37,900 nucleotides of DNA from Pseudomonadota bacterium. GTDB taxonomy: Bacteria > UBA10199 > 2-02-FULL-44-16 > JAAZCA01. The stretch is from positions 1 through 37,900 of the forward strand of contig JAZDOG010000036.1 in the NCBI GenBank assembly GCA_043798915.1, read 5' to 3'. Numbering within the stretch: the first letter of the stretch is position 1; every line of letters begins with the position of its first letter. The position numbers and the translations under genes are program-made. Below the pieces are notes generated by a model. It did no database searches, had not been told where the DNA came from, and worked only from the letters and a program-made list of their open reading frames with translations. Positions 37,209 to 37,900 of this stretch are shown piece after piece.

Positions 37209-37900
37209 ATGAGCATAGAAAAAGTAAATACGCAGCTCGTCGGGTTGCCGCCGGCGTGGATGAGCCGGGTGGTAAGCCGCGGCGGCGCGATGGGGAACGC
37301 CCAGGAGATCAAAAAGATACTGGGAGAGCCGATACCCCAGGGGGTCGACCCCGACACGCTCCCGCCCGAGATCGCCGCATTCTTCGCCGCGGGTGGCCTG
37401 CTCGAAAGGCTCAGGAAGAAGCTCTCCATCTTCTCGCGAAAGAAGGGCGGAAAAATCATACCGGCCAGAAACACGATCGCCTCGGTGGACGACGAGGACA
37501 ACCTCTATGTGGGCGTCGATTTCCTCGCCGCGCACGGCGAGGACGAGCCTCTCATCGCCGGCATCCTCGCGCACGAATGGGGCCACATGATGAGCGACCT
37601 CCCGCGCGGCGTCGACTGGTCTCACCTGACATGGGACGAGCTGCACGCGATCCGCAGGGACGAAGAGGGGGACGCGGACGGTTTCGCCGGGCGGGCGATG
37701 TTCCTGATGGGCTATTCGCCTGAAAAGATGATCGAGTTTCTGAAGGAGATGGACCGCCGGAGGAAGGACAAAAAGATCCCGTGCCACAAATACCATAACC
37801 ACGCCACGCGCGCCGCGATCCTGCGGGAATCGTATGAAGCGGAGAAGAGGGCGATGGAGGTCGCGCGCCGCCTCTTCTTCGCCGGCAGCGACCCGACCGG
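37209..37900 (+). CDS. M48-like zinc metallopeptidase domain protein (3' end beyond window)
   Basis: Open frame from ATG 37209 to the window edge, absent from the ORF track: IAGILAHEWGH...EEGDADGFAG...GYSP; TTGTCG-17-TATAAT upstream (37163-37191). Confidence 0.75.
   Translation, partial: MSIEKVNTQLVGLPPAWMSRVVSRGGAMGNAQEIKKILGEPIPQGVDPDTLPPEIAAFFAAGGLLERLRKKLSIFSRKKGGKIIPARNTIASVDDEDNLYVGVDFLAAHGEDEPLIAGILAHEWGHMMSDLPRGVDWSHLTWDELHAIRRDEEGDADGFAGRAMFLMGYSPEKMIEFLKEMDRRRKDKKIPCHKYHNHATRAAILRESYEAEKRAMEVARRLFFAGSDPT

Overview
A GC-rich bacterial chromosomal segment; the gene set looks deltaproteobacterial, which is an inference only. Housekeeping genes: PEBP/YbhB, a deoxynucleoside-kinase-like gene, panB-panC, an amidohydrolase, smpB-ssrA (tmRNA, tag ANTEPMALAA), galU, asnS, a CDF metal exporter, an RluA-family synthase, rlmH-polX-nth-ferredoxin, priA, def-fmt-rpe, an L,D-transpeptidase, a methionine gamma-lyase-like enzyme, queG and an M48-like peptidase running off the right end. 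Highlights: (1) a cobalamin-riboswitch-controlled uptake operon (btuB, three predicted surface beta-propeller lipoproteins, btuF-C-D) resembling Bacteroidota BtuG/BtuH capture systems; (2) a recurring sigma28-like motif (GCAAC-N14-16-GCCGATAA) before three AT-richer orphan genes (two C-type-lectin-fold proteins and a clan-CD-peptidase-like protein) and a candidate ~73-nt sRNA; (3) a sigma54-driven ORF6N gene whose upstream palindrome recurs, with a compensatory change, inside its own coding sequence; (4) two REP-like repeat families, one copy in frame in queG; (5) a def gene lacking a metal-ligand His; (6) many sigma70-like promoters lacking the -7 T, several implying leaderless mRNAs. All calls come from reading motifs by eye, with no database searches.
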